Shown piece after piece: positions 18,673 through 29,086 of a stretch of DNA of 64,000 bases. The position numbers and the translations under genes were made by a program. The DNA is taken from the NCBI GenBank assembly GCA_039194325.1, contig JBCCWC010000008.1, positions 76,019 to 140,018 of the forward strand. Reading direction: 5' to 3'. Every line of letters starts with the position of its first letter. Within the stretch, counting starts at the first letter, position 1. The notes beneath the pieces are model-generated. The model saw nothing but the letters and a program-made list of their open reading frames with translations. It made no database searches and was not told the origin of the DNA. Source of the stretch: Myxococcota bacterium (GTDB lineage: Bacteria > Myxococcota_A > Polyangia > Nannocystales > Nannocystaceae).

Positions 18673-19290
18673 TCAGCTGGAGATCAGCTGCTGCTCGGTC
18701 GCGAGCTTGCGTAGCCGCTCCTTGGCCCGTTCGAATCGCTTGCGTAGAGCGGCCGCCTTGCGCTTGAGCTCGTCGGCGGTGGGCTCCTCGTGCTCGGACA
18801 TGATCCGCGCGATTTCGTTCCAGGCCAGCTTGCGATCGACCCGCAGGATCAACAGGGTGCGATCGTCGGGCTCGAGCTGCTCGCGCAGCGCGGTGAACTT
18901 GTTCTTGGTCTCGGTGCGCAGGTGGACCATGGTGGTGGTGCGCACCTGCTGCGCCATCTGGAAGACCTCGGGCGACTGCGACAGCGCCAGGTTGCGCTCG
19001 CGCCGGCGGTGCGGGTCGCGGGAGAGACGGTAAAGCGCGTGCCGAGCGAGGGTGTAGGCCCACGTTCGAAAGCTCGAGTGCCACCGGAAACCGGGCAGCC
19101 CCTTCCACAGATCTTCACAGAAGATCGAGAACACCTCGGCCGCGTCGGTCTCGGTGCGACACATGGCCGACAGATAGCCCAGCACCTCCGGGCCATAGCC
19201 CTCGAGGGCTGCGGTCGCGGCCGGACCCCAGTGCTCCGCGTCGCAGTGCCCTCGGATCCGTGCCTCGAGGGCGGCGCGCTGCTCCTCCAT
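18673..19290 (-). CDS. ECF-type sigma-70 factor
   Basis: Region 2 (AAEVFS...SSFRTWAYTLAR) and region 4 (LILRVDRKLAWNEIARIM...ALRKRFERAKERLR). Confidence 0.88.
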   Translation of the reverse strand: MEEQRAALEARIRGHCDAEHWGPAATAALEGYGPEVLGYLSAMCRTETDAAEVFSIFCEDLWKGLPGFRWHSSFRTWAYTLARHALYRLSRDPHRRRERNLALSQSPEVFQMAQQVRTTTMVHLRTETKNKFTALREQLEPDDRTLLILRVDRKLAWNEIARIMSEHEEPTADELKRKAAALRKRFERAKERLRKLATEQQLISS

Positions 19291-19435
19291 CCGTGCCCAT
19301 GTTGCCCCATGGGTGGAAGGTGGTCTACCGCGCCGGGGCGCGTTGTCGGGCGAAAACCCACGTCAAATCATAGCATTGAGAGATTGACTGGCTTCGCTTC
19401 GACAAAGGGCGGTAACACGGGGCGGGCCGCGCATC

Positions 19436-19654
19436 ATGCCGAGTACCGCTGAAGTCGTGAAAGTCAAGGATGCGTTCGCGTGGATCGAGACACGCGGGCT
19501 GACGATCGCCATCAAGGCGAGCACGCGTGAAGGCAAGCCGATTGAGCTGACGGCCGAGGAGACCCGGCTGCTCGCATCACGCCTGACCAAGCTCGCGGAT
19601 GTGCTCGACAGCTTGGTCGAGCAAAAGCGCGAGCGCGGCGGCGAAGACACCTGA
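19436..19654 (+). CDS. Small hypothetical protein
   Basis: 72-aa ORF with natural composition and GC3-biased codons in an otherwise empty gap. Confidence 0.6.
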   Translation: MPSTAEVVKVKDAFAWIETRGLTIAIKASTREGKPIELTAEETRLLASRLTKLADVLDSLVEQKRERGGEDT

Positions 19655-19848
19655 GCGCCCGGGCGCAGACTCCGCTGCGTCGGGAACCCGGTCCCGCGGT
19701 CCCCCGGTCCCGCGGTGGCTCCCCAAGCATGCCGCAACGACCTTCAAGACCCACCACGGGCTGCCCAGAGGTACGCCGCGATGGTCCGCTTCGCGTACCC
19801 GCATCACCCGGGTGACACCGATGGAGCGCAGAGCTAAAGTCCGGCGCC

Positions 19849-21300
19849 GTGAAGACGTCGAGCCTCGCCCTGGTCGCCTCCCTGGTCCTGCCTAGCTGCA
19901 CCACCACGACCACCGATCCGGCCAAGGTCGAGCAGACCAAGGCCGGGGAGACCAAGGCCGGAGACGCCAAGGCCGGGGACGCCAAGGCCAAAACAGGCGA
20001 AAAGCCAGAGAAGACGCGGCGCCCTCGGGGCAAGCAGATCCCCGCGCCCGCGGACGTGGCCAACCCGCCCGCCGACGCCAACAAGACCGAGTCGGGCATC
20101 GTGCACAAGACGCTCACTCCCGGTGAGGGCGAGTCTCCCGGCGACGACGACAGCGTCAAGATCCAGCTGACCGCGTGGACCTCCGACGGCGCCACCATCG
20201 AGACCACCGACGGCCGCAAGACGCCCAAGCTGGTGCGCATGGGTCGACCCCCGGTCCCGGGCCTGGGCGAGGCGATCAAGCTGATGAAGGTCGGGGAGAA
20301 GGCCCGCTTTTGGATCCCCCCAGAGCTGACCTACAAGGGTCGCAAGGGCGCTCCGGAGGGCACGCTGTGCTACGAGATCACCCTCGAGGAGGTCTTGCGG
20401 GCCCCGCCGACGCCCGAGGACGTGGCCGCTCCGCCGGCCGACGCGATCAAGACCAAGTCTGGCCTGGCCTACAAGGTCTTGGAGCCGAGCAAGTGCGAGG
20501 CGGAGCTTGCGGCGGCGGCCGAGGCCAAGCCCGATCCCGAGGACGTGGCCGAGGCCAAGGCGGCCGAGGCGGCCAAGCCCGAGGCGGCCAAGCCGACCAA
20601 GGTCTGCGGAGTCAAGCCGGACCCGTGGGATCGGGTCAGGGTGGATTACACGGGCTGGACGACGGACGGCAAGATGTTCGACTCGTCGGTCACCCGCGGG
20701 CGTCCCTCCACCTTCCCGGTCAACCGCGTGGTACCCGGCTGGACCGAGGGCCTGCAACTGATGGTGGTGGGCGACAAGACTCGCCTGTGGGTCCCCGAAG
20801 AGCTGGCGTACAAGGGCGCGCCGGGCAAGCCCGCCGGTATGCTCGTCTTCGACGTCGAGCTCCACGAGATCGACGAGCAGCCCGAACCGCCCCCGCCCCC
20901 CGAGGTGCCCGAGGACGTGGCCGAGCCTCCGGCCGATGCGACCAAGACCGAGTCCGGCCTGGCGTACAAGGTGATCCAACCCGGCACCGGCAAGGTCAAG
21001 CCCACTGAAGACTCGGTGGTCGAGGTGCACTACTCGGGCTGGACGACCGACGGCAAGATGTTCGACTCGTCGGTGACCCGGGGCAAGACGACCTCGTTCC
21101 CGCTCAAGCGGGTGATCCCGGGCTGGACCGAGGGCCTGCAATTGATGGTCGAAGGCGAGAAGACCCGCTTTTGGATCCCGGTCGACCTGGCCTACAAGAA
21201 CCAGCCGGGCAAGCCCGCCGGCATGCTCGTCTTCGACGTCGAGCTCATCAAGATCGATCCGCCCAAGAAGGGGCCGGGGTCGGTCCACGGCCACCCCTAG
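19849..21300 (+). CDS. FKBP-type peptidyl-prolyl isomerase lipoprotein with three FKBP domains
   Basis: Three repeats of the PxDVAxPPADA..SG...(YxGWTTDGKMFDSS)...RFWIPxxLAY...LVFDVEL pattern; lipobox LPSC. Confidence 0.93.
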   Translation: MKTSSLALVASLVLPSCTTTTTDPAKVEQTKAGETKAGDAKAGDAKAKTGEKPEKTRRPRGKQIPAPADVANPPADANKTESGIVHKTLTPGEGESPGDDDSVKIQLTAWTSDGATIETTDGRKTPKLVRMGRPPVPGLGEAIKLMKVGEKARFWIPPELTYKGRKGAPEGTLCYEITLEEVLRAPPTPEDVAAPPADAIKTKSGLAYKVLEPSKCEAELAAAAEAKPDPEDVAEAKAAEAAKPEAAKPTKVCGVKPDPWDRVRVDYTGWTTDGKMFDSSVTRGRPSTFPVNRVVPGWTEGLQLMVVGDKTRLWVPEELAYKGAPGKPAGMLVFDVELHEIDEQPEPPPPPEVPEDVAEPPADATKTESGLAYKVIQPGTGKVKPTEDSVVEVHYSGWTTDGKMFDSSVTRGKTTSFPLKRVIPGWTEGLQLMVEGEKTRFWIPVDLAYKNQPGKPAGMLVFDVELIKIDPPKKGPGSVHGHP

Positions 21301-21321
21301 TCGCCCCAAACCGGATCGCCA

Positions 21322-21753
21322 GTGCAGGGCGACATCACGTGGCGCGGTGAGTCGGGCCCTCCAGGGGCCAAGGGCACCGCGGGCTCGCGAGCCACGGCAC
21401 GCGACTCGACCCGCTTTGGCGGTCGCGGCCGAGCCCTTTGCTGTGCCGCCTGCGGGACGGTGATCACCTGGGAGGGGGCGCGGATCGAGGTTGGGGGCGC
21501 GCACCGCCACACCTTCGTCAACCCGCACGGGCTGGTGTTCGAGATCGGCTGCTTCCGCCACGCCCCGGGGTGCGCGGGCGAGGGCCCGGCCGAGGCGTTC
21601 TTCTCGTGGTTTCCCGGATACGCGTGGCGGGTGGCGGTGTGCCGAGCGTGCCAGGCTCACCTGGGCTGGAGCTATGGCGAGCGTCCCGACTTCCATGGTC
21701 TGGTGCTCGACCGTCTGCGCGAGGCTCGAACCGATCCGGCGGATCCCAACTGA
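21322..21753 (+). CDS. Cereblon (CULT/Yippee-like) family protein
   Basis: CxxC...HTFVNPHG...SWFPGYAW...CxxC..HLGW tri-Trp cage motif. Confidence 0.92.
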   Translation: MQGDITWRGESGPPGAKGTAGSRATARDSTRFGGRGRALCCAACGTVITWEGARIEVGGAHRHTFVNPHGLVFEIGCFRHAPGCAGEGPAEAFFSWFPGYAWRVAVCRACQAHLGWSYGERPDFHGLVLDRLREARTDPADPN

Positions 21754-21827
21754 CCCGACCGGCCCCGGTCGGGATCCTCACGGCCTGGGCGCCCGCGCCC
21801 CGTTGGGTGCCCACCAGGGCGCAGAGT

Positions 21828-23009
21828 ATGGTCAGCAACCCGTTGACCGCTGCGCGCATGGGGGGCCCCACCACGCCCAACGAGACTCGTCCTATCGAGC
21901 GGATCCTCGGCGTCCACGAGGGTCGACCCGGCCGCACGATCATCGCCCTGGGGGGCGTGCACGGCGATGAGCCGGCGAGCATCCGGGCGGTGCTGGCGGT
22001 GCTCGCCGAGCTACGACGCGGCCAGCCGGACATGACGGGGACGCTGGTGGGGGTCACGGGCAATGTGCAGGCGCTCGCGGCCAACCGGCGCTTCATCGAT
22101 CGCGATCTCAACCGCGGGTGGACGGCGCAGAGCTGTCGCCGGGCCCTGGCCGGGCCCCCCGACGACAACGCCGAGGACACGGAGCAGCGCGAGCTGCTCG
22201 AGGTGTTCGGCACCCTGGAGATCGAGTCTCCCTACCCGCTGGTCTTCCTCGATCTGCACAGCACCTCGGGACCCGCCGCTCCCTTCTCGATCATCCCCGA
22301 CGTCGCGCGCAACCGCGAGCTGGCGCTGCCCCTGCCGATCCCCACCGTGCTGGGGCTGGAGGAGATCATCGACAACCCGATCCTCGGCTACCTGACCGAT
22401 CGCGGCCACATGGGCACGGCGGTCGAGGGAGGACAGCATAACGACCCGCAGACGCAGGCCCGCCTCGAGGCGGTGATCTGGCTGAGCCTGCTCACCATGG
22501 GCTGCTTGCGGCCCCAGCAGCTCCCCGAGCGCGCCCGCTACCACGCGCTGCTGCGGCGGGCCGCGGCGGGGCTGCCGGCCGCGGTTCGGATCCTCCACCG
22601 CCATGGCCTGGGCCACAACGAACACTTCGAGATGGAGCCGGGCTTCGACAACTTCCACCGGGTTCGCCGCGGGCAGCGGCTGGCCCGCGACGAGCACGGG
22701 GCGATCGAAGCGGCCACCGACGGCTTGGTGATGCTGCCGCGCTACCACAGCCAGGGCAACGACGGGTTCTTCTTGGCCAAGACCGTATCCCGCCGCTGGC
22801 TGGCGCTGTCGGCCGTCGCCCGCAAGAGCAGCATGGAGCACCTGCTGCCATTGTGGCCCGGGCTGCACCGCGACGCGGGCAACCCCAACCGCTTGCAGTA
22901 CGACGGAGGGGACCCCCCCGCGCCGATGCTGCGGATGCTGCGGCTGCTCGGCTTTCACGGGATCCGGTACCAGCCGCCGGGGCTGGAGTTCTTCCGCCGG
23001 CGCCCGTAA
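21828..23009 (+). CDS. Succinylglutamate desuccinylase/aspartoacylase (M14-like) family protein
   Basis: GGVHGDE, DRDLNR, DLHSTS and EGGQH motifs. Confidence 0.88.
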   Translation: MVSNPLTAARMGGPTTPNETRPIERILGVHEGRPGRTIIALGGVHGDEPASIRAVLAVLAELRRGQPDMTGTLVGVTGNVQALAANRRFIDRDLNRGWTAQSCRRALAGPPDDNAEDTEQRELLEVFGTLEIESPYPLVFLDLHSTSGPAAPFSIIPDVARNRELALPLPIPTVLGLEEIIDNPILGYLTDRGHMGTAVEGGQHNDPQTQARLEAVIWLSLLTMGCLRPQQLPERARYHALLRRAAAGLPAAVRILHRHGLGHNEHFEMEPGFDNFHRVRRGQRLARDEHGAIEAATDGLVMLPRYHSQGNDGFFLAKTVSRRWLALSAVARKSSMEHLLPLWPGLHRDAGNPNRLQYDGGDPPAPMLRMLRLLGFHGIRYQPPGLEFFRRRP

Positions 23010-23024
23010 CACCGGCCCAGGCGG

Positions 23025-24617
23025 CTACTCGACCATCACCGCGCCGATCGAGTCGATCTGCTCGTTGTCCCCCAGATCGGTGGTCCACTGGTCGCCATAG
23101 CCGAGCTGGCCGCGGTTGTTGGCGCCCCAGCACTTGACGTCGCTGCCCTCGGTGGTGGCGCAGGTGAACTGCGACCCGGAGGAGACCGTGCGGGGACCCA
23201 GAGGGAGGTTGAGATCGACCTGCATGGCGGGGGGCTCGACCAGATCATCGGTGGAGTTGTAGCCCAGCCGGCCGTTGTCGCCCTCACCCCAGCAGAAGAT
23301 CGGCGTGCCGGTCATGCGCACGCAGGTATGGCTGGCCCCGGTGGCGAGGTGGGAGGGCGCGCCCCCAGCCAGGGTCAGCGGCATCACCAAGACCACGTCT
23401 TCGTTGTCACCCACGTCGTCGGTGTTGCCGTAGCCCAGGCGCCCCGAGCCGCCCCCGCCCCAGCACTGCACGTCCCCTCCCACGTAGGCCACGCAGTTGT
23501 GATCGTAGCGGGCGGCGATCAGCACCGCCTGCTCCGCCAGTAACACCTCGGTCGAGGCGGAGGGAGGCTCGTCGTCTCCGATGCTCTCGTTGCTCTCGGC
23601 CGTCCCGAGCTGCCCGTCGCTGTCTCGCCCCCAGCACAGCACCCCGCCCGTGCCCAAGAGGGCACAGGTGTGATCGCGGCCCGCCGCGATCATCTCCACG
23701 TTGTTGCCGACGTCGACCACCGGCATCTCGGCGGGCAGCTCGTCGTCGCCGACCTGGTCGACGCCCGGCAGGCCCAGCTGCCCCTCGTTGTTGCGGCCCC
23801 AGCAGCGCACCTCGCCCGTGCCGAGCACGGCACAGGCATGCTCGGCTCCGGCCGCGATCTGGACCGGCGTGCCCCCCAGATCGATCGCGGGGATGTCGGC
23901 CGGTTCCTCCTGGCTGCCCAGATCGGCCTGAGAGCCCTGGCCCAGGCGACCATTTTGCCCGTTGCCCCAGCACACCACGTCGTCGGTCACCAGCAGCGCG
24001 CAGGTGAAATCACCGCCCAGGGCCAGCTGCTGCACCGGCGCTCCCACGTTGACGAAGTCCATGTCGGCGGGGGTCTCGTTGTCGCCGACGTCCTCTGCCT
24101 GCTCGAAGTAGCCCAGGCGCCCCGAGTTGAAATTGCCCCAGCACTTGATCTGCCCCGTGTGGAACAGGGCGCAGGCGTGCTCGTCGCCCACGACCACGTC
24201 GACGGCACCGGCCGAGATCGTGCAATCGTTGTCGCAGCCGTCGAAGTCGTCGCCGTTGGCGTCGTCACACTCCTCGTCGCCGTCGATGTCACCGTTGCCA
24301 CACAGGTTGACCACGCACATGTCCTCGATGCAGGCGAGCCCCTCGTCGCACATGTCCTCTTCGCCGCACACGCAGCCCTCTTCGCCCGGGGTGCAATCGG
24401 GACCGGTGCTGCTTCCGTCGACCACGGCCGTGCTGCTTCCGGAGGTCATGCTGCCCGAGGCCACGGGCCCGGTGCTGGTGTCTGCGTTCGTCGGATCGGG
24501 GCTGGTGGTGCTGGAGCTGCTGCCGGTACCTTCGGTCTCGGTATCCGTGCCCGGCGTGTCATCCGGACATGCCACCAACGTCAAACAAGCCAACAAGGGA
24601 GTCTTCAAATTCCGCAT
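23025..24617 (-). CDS. RCC1-repeat lipoprotein with a myxobacterial Cys-rich repeat
   Basis: Lipobox LVAC; Ser/Thr linker; CGNGxxDxxEECDD motif; multiple HTCA...CWG.N..GQLG blades. Confidence 0.9.
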   Translation of the reverse strand: MRNLKTPLLACLTLVACPDDTPGTDTETEGTGSSSSTTSPDPTNADTSTGPVASGSMTSGSSTAVVDGSSTGPDCTPGEEGCVCGEEDMCDEGLACIEDMCVVNLCGNGDIDGDEECDDANGDDFDGCDNDCTISAGAVDVVVGDEHACALFHTGQIKCWGNFNSGRLGYFEQAEDVGDNETPADMDFVNVGAPVQQLALGGDFTCALLVTDDVVCWGNGQNGRLGQGSQADLGSQEEPADIPAIDLGGTPVQIAAGAEHACAVLGTGEVRCWGRNNEGQLGLPGVDQVGDDELPAEMPVVDVGNNVEMIAAGRDHTCALLGTGGVLCWGRDSDGQLGTAESNESIGDDEPPSASTEVLLAEQAVLIAARYDHNCVAYVGGDVQCWGGGGSGRLGYGNTDDVGDNEDVVLVMPLTLAGGAPSHLATGASHTCVRMTGTPIFCWGEGDNGRLGYNSTDDLVEPPAMQVDLNLPLGPRTVSSGSQFTCATTEGSDVKCWGANNRGQLGYGDQWTTDLGDNEQIDSIGAVMVE

Positions 24618-24841
24618 GAACCGGATGGTAACAAAGGGCAGGAACGGTCAGGCCATACGGTAGGGTCGTACGGCAAGGTCGTGATGGCACCTCCTGGGTG
24701 CTCCTGTGCCCTACCCTCTCGATCCGACTCCCGGAACCCGTCCTTGGGTCCATCCTCGGGTCCATTGAAGGATCCCCTTTGGGCCAAAAGTCGCCTGGAC
24801 AGCGGGACAGTAGCTGCTAGCTTTCGCGCCCAGGGCCCGCC

Positions 24842-25276
24842 ATGGCCGAGCACCTCGACATCGACGGGCGGGTGACCATCCCCGCGCACGAGCTTACGTG
24901 GACGGCCGCGCGGGCCAGCGGCCCCGGGGGGCAAAACGTCAACAAGGTCGCCACCAAGGTCGATCTTCGGTTCGAGCTGCGCACCACCGAGGCGCTCGCT
25001 CCGACGGTCAAGGCTCGACTCCGAGCCCTGCCCGGGGTGCGGATCGACGCCGAGGGCCGGCTGGTGGTGACCTGCCAGGCCAGCCGCTCGCAGGCCGACA
25101 ATCTCGCGGATGCCCGGGCCAAGCTGTCGGCGCTGGTCCGGCAGGCGCTCGAGCCTCCCAAGCGCCGCCGCCCCACCCGGCCCACCGCGGGCGCCAAGCG
25201 ACGGCGGCTAGAGGCCAAGCGCCAGCATGCGCAGAAGAAGGGCGGGCGCGCTCGCGTCCGCCAGTCGGACGACTAG
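24842..25276 (+). CDS. arfB: Alternative ribosome rescue peptidyl-tRNA hydrolase
   Basis: RASGPGGQNVNKV GGQ motif, RSQxxN and a basic C-terminal tail. Confidence 0.95.
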   Translation: MAEHLDIDGRVTIPAHELTWTAARASGPGGQNVNKVATKVDLRFELRTTEALAPTVKARLRALPGVRIDAEGRLVVTCQASRSQADNLADARAKLSALVRQALEPPKRRRPTRPTAGAKRRRLEAKRQHAQKKGGRARVRQSDD

Positions 25277-25282
25277 CGGTCG

Positions 25283-28200
25283 ATGGCAAGACCGAGGATG
25301 CACGAGGTGGGGGCCAATGACGGCGGCGACGCTGCGGATGACAGCGGCAAGACGGTGTCCCTGCCTGCACGCCCCGAGGACGGGGTTGACCAGGCCAAGG
25401 ACTCGGCCGACCTGACCACGCAAGTCGAGGGCGCGACGAACCAAGCAAACTTGGCCCCCGATGACGCGCACGATGGTGACGCACAGGGTAGTCGGTCCGC
25501 GACCAAGCGTGACTACGAGATGGCTGTACTCAAGGCGCGGGTAGCCCAGGCGCTGTTCGAAAGGCCAGTCCGCTCGCCCATGCTCGGTCGCTACGTCGTG
25601 CTCGACACGCTGGGCCAGGGTGGCATGGGCACCGTGTTCGAGGCTTTCGACCGCACGCTCGATCGTAAAGTGGCCATCAAGGTGCTGCATGCGGAGCTCG
25701 GCCGCGACGACACCGCCCGGCTGCTACGGGAGGCCCAAGCGATGGCCAAGCTGTCGCACCCCAACGTGGTGCCGGTGTTCGAGGTGAACACGGTGGATCG
25801 GCAGACCTTCGTGGTGATGGAGCGGGTCCAGGGCCCGACGCTTCGGGCTTGGATGCGCCAAGATCCACGCCCCGACTGGCGGCAATGCATCGAGGTGTTC
25901 ATCCAGGCCGGTCAGGGCTTGGCGGCGGCCCACGCCGCGGGGTTGGTGCATCGTGACTTCAAGCCGAGCAACGTGCTCCTGGGCGACGAGGGCCGGGCGC
26001 GCGTGCTGGACTTCGGACTGGCGCGTCGGATCGAGGTGGAAGCGACGGACAGCGACAGGCTCGGCCACCTGGGGCGCTCGACCGACAACGCGCCATCCCT
26101 GGCCAGCATCACGGCCGCAGGTACCCCGAGTGGAGCGACGCGGGCCGAGCAGACTGTTCTCGACCAGACGTTGACGAAGACCGGGATGGTGGTGGGAACA
26201 CCGGCCTACATGCCACCCGAGGCCATGATGGGGCGCGAAATCGACGCGCGCAGTGACCAGTTCAGCTTTTGTGTGTCGCTTTATGAAGCGGTGTACGGCG
26301 AGCGCCCGTTCGCGGGGGATACGCTCAACGAGCTGACAGCCTCGATGATGCGCGAGGGTGTTCGGCCGATCCCCACAGCAAGCCCCGTGCCCGAGCGGCT
26401 GCGCACGATCGTGCTGCGGGGCCTGGCGCTCGACCCCGTCAAGCGGTGGCCGTCGATGGAGGCGCTGCTGGACGAGTTGCGCATGCTCGTGGCGCCACAC
26501 ACCCGGCGGTGGATGGTGATGGGGGTGACGACCGGATTGATGGCGCTTGCGGGAGGGCTGGCGTTGGGGCAGTACGCGGAGGTCAAGGATCGCTGCACCG
26601 GCGCCCAGGCCCAGATAGACGGGATCTGGGATGACGCTCGTCGTGAACAGGTGCAGGCGGCGCTCCTGGGCACGGAGCGCCCGTTTGCCGCGAGTACCTG
26701 GGAGCGCATCGAGCCGAAGCTGGATGCATACGCGGACGCCTGGATCCAAGCTCACACCGCGGCGTGTAGGGCGACCAGCGTGCACAGGGAGCAACCGCAG
26801 GAGGTACTCGACCTGGGCATGCACTGCTTGGGTGAGCGCCTCACGGTGTTGCGGGCCACGGTCGATATGCTGGCAGATGCCGACGCCGAGCTGACGACCA
26901 AGGCCATCGAGTTGGTCGATGGTTTGCCGCCACTAACCCGCTGCGCCGATCTCGAGTGGCTGCAGCAGCAGAATCAGCGGGTGCCCCCGCCCGAGGACCC
27001 TGAGGTGGCCGAGGCGGTGCAGGCCCAGCGTGCATACCTGGCGAACATCACGGTGATGCAGAAGGCGGGCCGGTATGCTGAGGCGCTCGAGGCGGCGCAA
27101 GAGGTGGTAAAACAAGCCCAGGAGCTGGGGTACCCGCCGCTTCGAGCCGAGGCACTTCACCGGCGGGGAGAACTACGAACAGAGACTGGAAAGCATGCCG
27201 AGGCAGAGGAGGACCTGCGACATGCCTATGCGCTGGCGATCAGTCACCAGCACGATTTGGCTGCCCTCAACGCGGCTTCGGCCTTGACCTACGTGGTGGG
27301 CTATCAACTCGTGCGGCATGCCGAGGGCCAGCAATGGGGCGAGATGATGGCCCTGCCCCTGGCCCAGCGCAGCGGCGAGCCGTTGCAAGAAGCGCGAAGC
27401 CTGAGCACCCTTGGCATTGTGTTGTTGTCTCGGAAAGACCACCAGAGCGCCCAGCATCACTTTGAGCGAGCGCTGGCGATATATGAGAAGGCGGTGGGTC
27501 CCGACCATCCCCATGTGGCCGCAAGCCTGAACAGCCTGGGCGCTGTGTTCAACTCTATGGGAGACTACGAGAACGCCCAACATCACTTTGAGCGAGCGCT
27601 GGCGATATGGGAGAAGGCGCGGGGCCCCGACCATCCCCATGTAGCCTACAGCCTGATCGGCTTGGGCGCTGTTTTTAGCTCTAAGGGAGACTACGAGGAT
27701 GCCCGACATCATTACGAGCGAGCGCTGGCGATATGGGAGAAAGCGCTGGACCCCGACCATCCCAGTGTGGCCACTAGCCTAAACAACCTGGGCGCTACGT
27801 TCAGTTCTATGGGAGACTACGAGAACGCCCAACATCATTACGAGCGAGCGCTGGCGATGATGGAGAAGACGCGGGGTCCCGACCATCCCGATGTGGCCAC
27901 TAGCCTGCACAACCTGGGCGCTATGTTCAGCTCTATGGGAGACTACGAAAATGCCCGGCATCATTATGAGCGAGCATTGACGATACTGGAGAAAGCGCTG
28001 GGCCCCGACCATCCCCAAGTCGCTTATTCGCTGGTCGGGATGGCCAAGGTGGCGCTCAAGATGAATAACTCGATGTCCGCTCGGGCACATGCCGAGCGAG
28101 CCTTCTCGATCCGCGAAGCGGCTACGGTGGCACCCGAGCTGCTCGCCGAAGCTCGTTTCATACTCGCCCGGGCCCTGTGGAGCGAGCACAGCGAGCGCGC

Positions 28201-28327
28201 GCGAGCGCGGGAACTGGCCAAGCAGGCGCGGGAAGTGTGGCTCGAGGCTGAGAGCAAAAACTCGACCATAGAAGAATACCTTGCAGCGATCGACGCCTGG
28301 CTAGCCACGCACCGCGTCAAGCCCTAG
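25283..28327 (+). CDS. Ser/Thr protein kinase with TM segment and TPR repeats
   Basis: GQGGMG, VAIK, HRDFKPSN, DFG, GTPAYMPPE; 42-aa GPDHPxVAxSL TPR repeats. Confidence 0.95.
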   Translation: MARPRMHEVGANDGGDAADDSGKTVSLPARPEDGVDQAKDSADLTTQVEGATNQANLAPDDAHDGDAQGSRSATKRDYEMAVLKARVAQALFERPVRSPMLGRYVVLDTLGQGGMGTVFEAFDRTLDRKVAIKVLHAELGRDDTARLLREAQAMAKLSHPNVVPVFEVNTVDRQTFVVMERVQGPTLRAWMRQDPRPDWRQCIEVFIQAGQGLAAAHAAGLVHRDFKPSNVLLGDEGRARVLDFGLARRIEVEATDSDRLGHLGRSTDNAPSLASITAAGTPSGATRAEQTVLDQTLTKTGMVVGTPAYMPPEAMMGREIDARSDQFSFCVSLYEAVYGERPFAGDTLNELTASMMREGVRPIPTASPVPERLRTIVLRGLALDPVKRWPSMEALLDELRMLVAPHTRRWMVMGVTTGLMALAGGLALGQYAEVKDRCTGAQAQIDGIWDDARREQVQAALLGTERPFAASTWERIEPKLDAYADAWIQAHTAACRATSVHREQPQEVLDLGMHCLGERLTVLRATVDMLADADAELTTKAIELVDGLPPLTRCADLEWLQQQNQRVPPPEDPEVAEAVQAQRAYLANITVMQKAGRYAEALEAAQEVVKQAQELGYPPLRAEALHRRGELRTETGKHAEAEEDLRHAYALAISHQHDLAALNAASALTYVVGYQLVRHAEGQQWGEMMALPLAQRSGEPLQEARSLSTLGIVLLSRKDHQSAQHHFERALAIYEKAVGPDHPHVAASLNSLGAVFNSMGDYENAQHHFERALAIWEKARGPDHPHVAYSLIGLGAVFSSKGDYEDARHHYERALAIWEKALDPDHPSVATSLNNLGATFSSMGDYENAQHHYERALAMMEKTRGPDHPDVATSLHNLGAMFSSMGDYENARHHYERALTILEKALGPDHPQVAYSLVGMAKVALKMNNSMSARAHAERAFSIREAATVAPELLAEARFILARALWSEHSERARARELAKQAREVWLEAESKNSTIEEYLAAIDAWLATHRVKP
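27450..28035 (+). repeat. About 4.5 tandem 126-bp TPR-coding repeats
   Basis: Recurrent GAGCGAGCGCTGGCGAT...CCCGACCATCCC blocks at 126-bp spacing. Confidence 0.85.
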
Positions 28328-28353
28328 GGTTTCACCAACGCTGTTGTTGGCGA

Positions 28354-28956
28354 TCAGCCCGACTCCGACGTCTTCCGCGCCACCACTCCGCGCGCGAACA
28401 GATCCCAGGCCGTCTCGAGGTAGGCATCGGCCACCGCGGAGTCTTCGGCCGCATTGGAGGGATCGGCAAACCACGCCTTCACCAGCCCCAAGAAGGTGAT
28501 CAGGATGAAGGGCGCGGGCACGTCGCTGCGCAGCACGCCCGCCTCTTGCGCCGCGCGCAGCTGCTCGATGCCGGCATCGCGTAGCTGCTGCACCATCTCG
28601 GTGGACTCACGATCCCCTTCGAGGGTGACCCAGGACATCAACCGCACCGTGTCGGGGTTGTCCCGCAAGAATCGAAAGTAGACCCGCATGGACTCGCGCA
28701 GCAGGTCGGCGTTGGGGCCTCCCTGAGCGAAGAGCGCGATCTGCTGCTCGTTGTAGCTGGCAAAGCGCCGACGCTTCACCTCACGCCACAGCGCGTCCTT
28801 GGATCCAAAGTGGTGGTGGATCAGACTCTTGGTGACCCCCGAGCTCTTGGCGATCTCACTCATCGAGGCGCCGGCGAAGCCATGCGCCAAGAACAGGCGC
28901 TCGGCGGCGTCGAGGATCGCCGCCCGTGAGGCATCGGGGTCGTGTTTGCGCGGCAC
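28354..28956 (-). CDS. TetR/AcrR family regulator
   Basis: ILDAAERLFLAHGFAGASMSEIAKSSGVTKSLIHHHFGSKDAL. Confidence 0.93.
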   Translation of the reverse strand: MPRKHDPDASRAAILDAAERLFLAHGFAGASMSEIAKSSGVTKSLIHHHFGSKDALWREVKRRRFASYNEQQIALFAQGGPNADLLRESMRVYFRFLRDNPDTVRLMSWVTLEGDRESTEMVQQLRDAGIEQLRAAQEAGVLRSDVPAPFILITFLGLVKAWFADPSNAAEDSAVADAYLETAWDLFARGVVARKTSESG

Positions 28957-29016
28957 GTGGGGTCCGTAGAGGAGAAACCGTAGGATACAGCCCTTTGGCA
29001 GCCAATGGAGCATGGG

Positions 29017-29071
29017 GGGAGCACGGCGGGAGCACGGCGGGAGCACGGCGGGAGAATCGCGGGAGCATGGG
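29017..29071. repeat. 11-bp tandem repeat GGGAGCACGGC (3 exact + 2 degenerate copies)
   Basis: Read directly in the intergenic region between the divergent tetR and aldehyde dehydrogenase genes. Confidence 0.85.
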
Positions 29072-29086
29072 CACTTTCCAGTGGGT

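Noticed and set aside
27450..28035. Near-identical 126-bp repeats as a CRISPR array or DGR template/variable repeats
   Set aside because: They are in-frame TPR units of a kinase. There are no spacers, cas genes or reverse transcriptase in the window.
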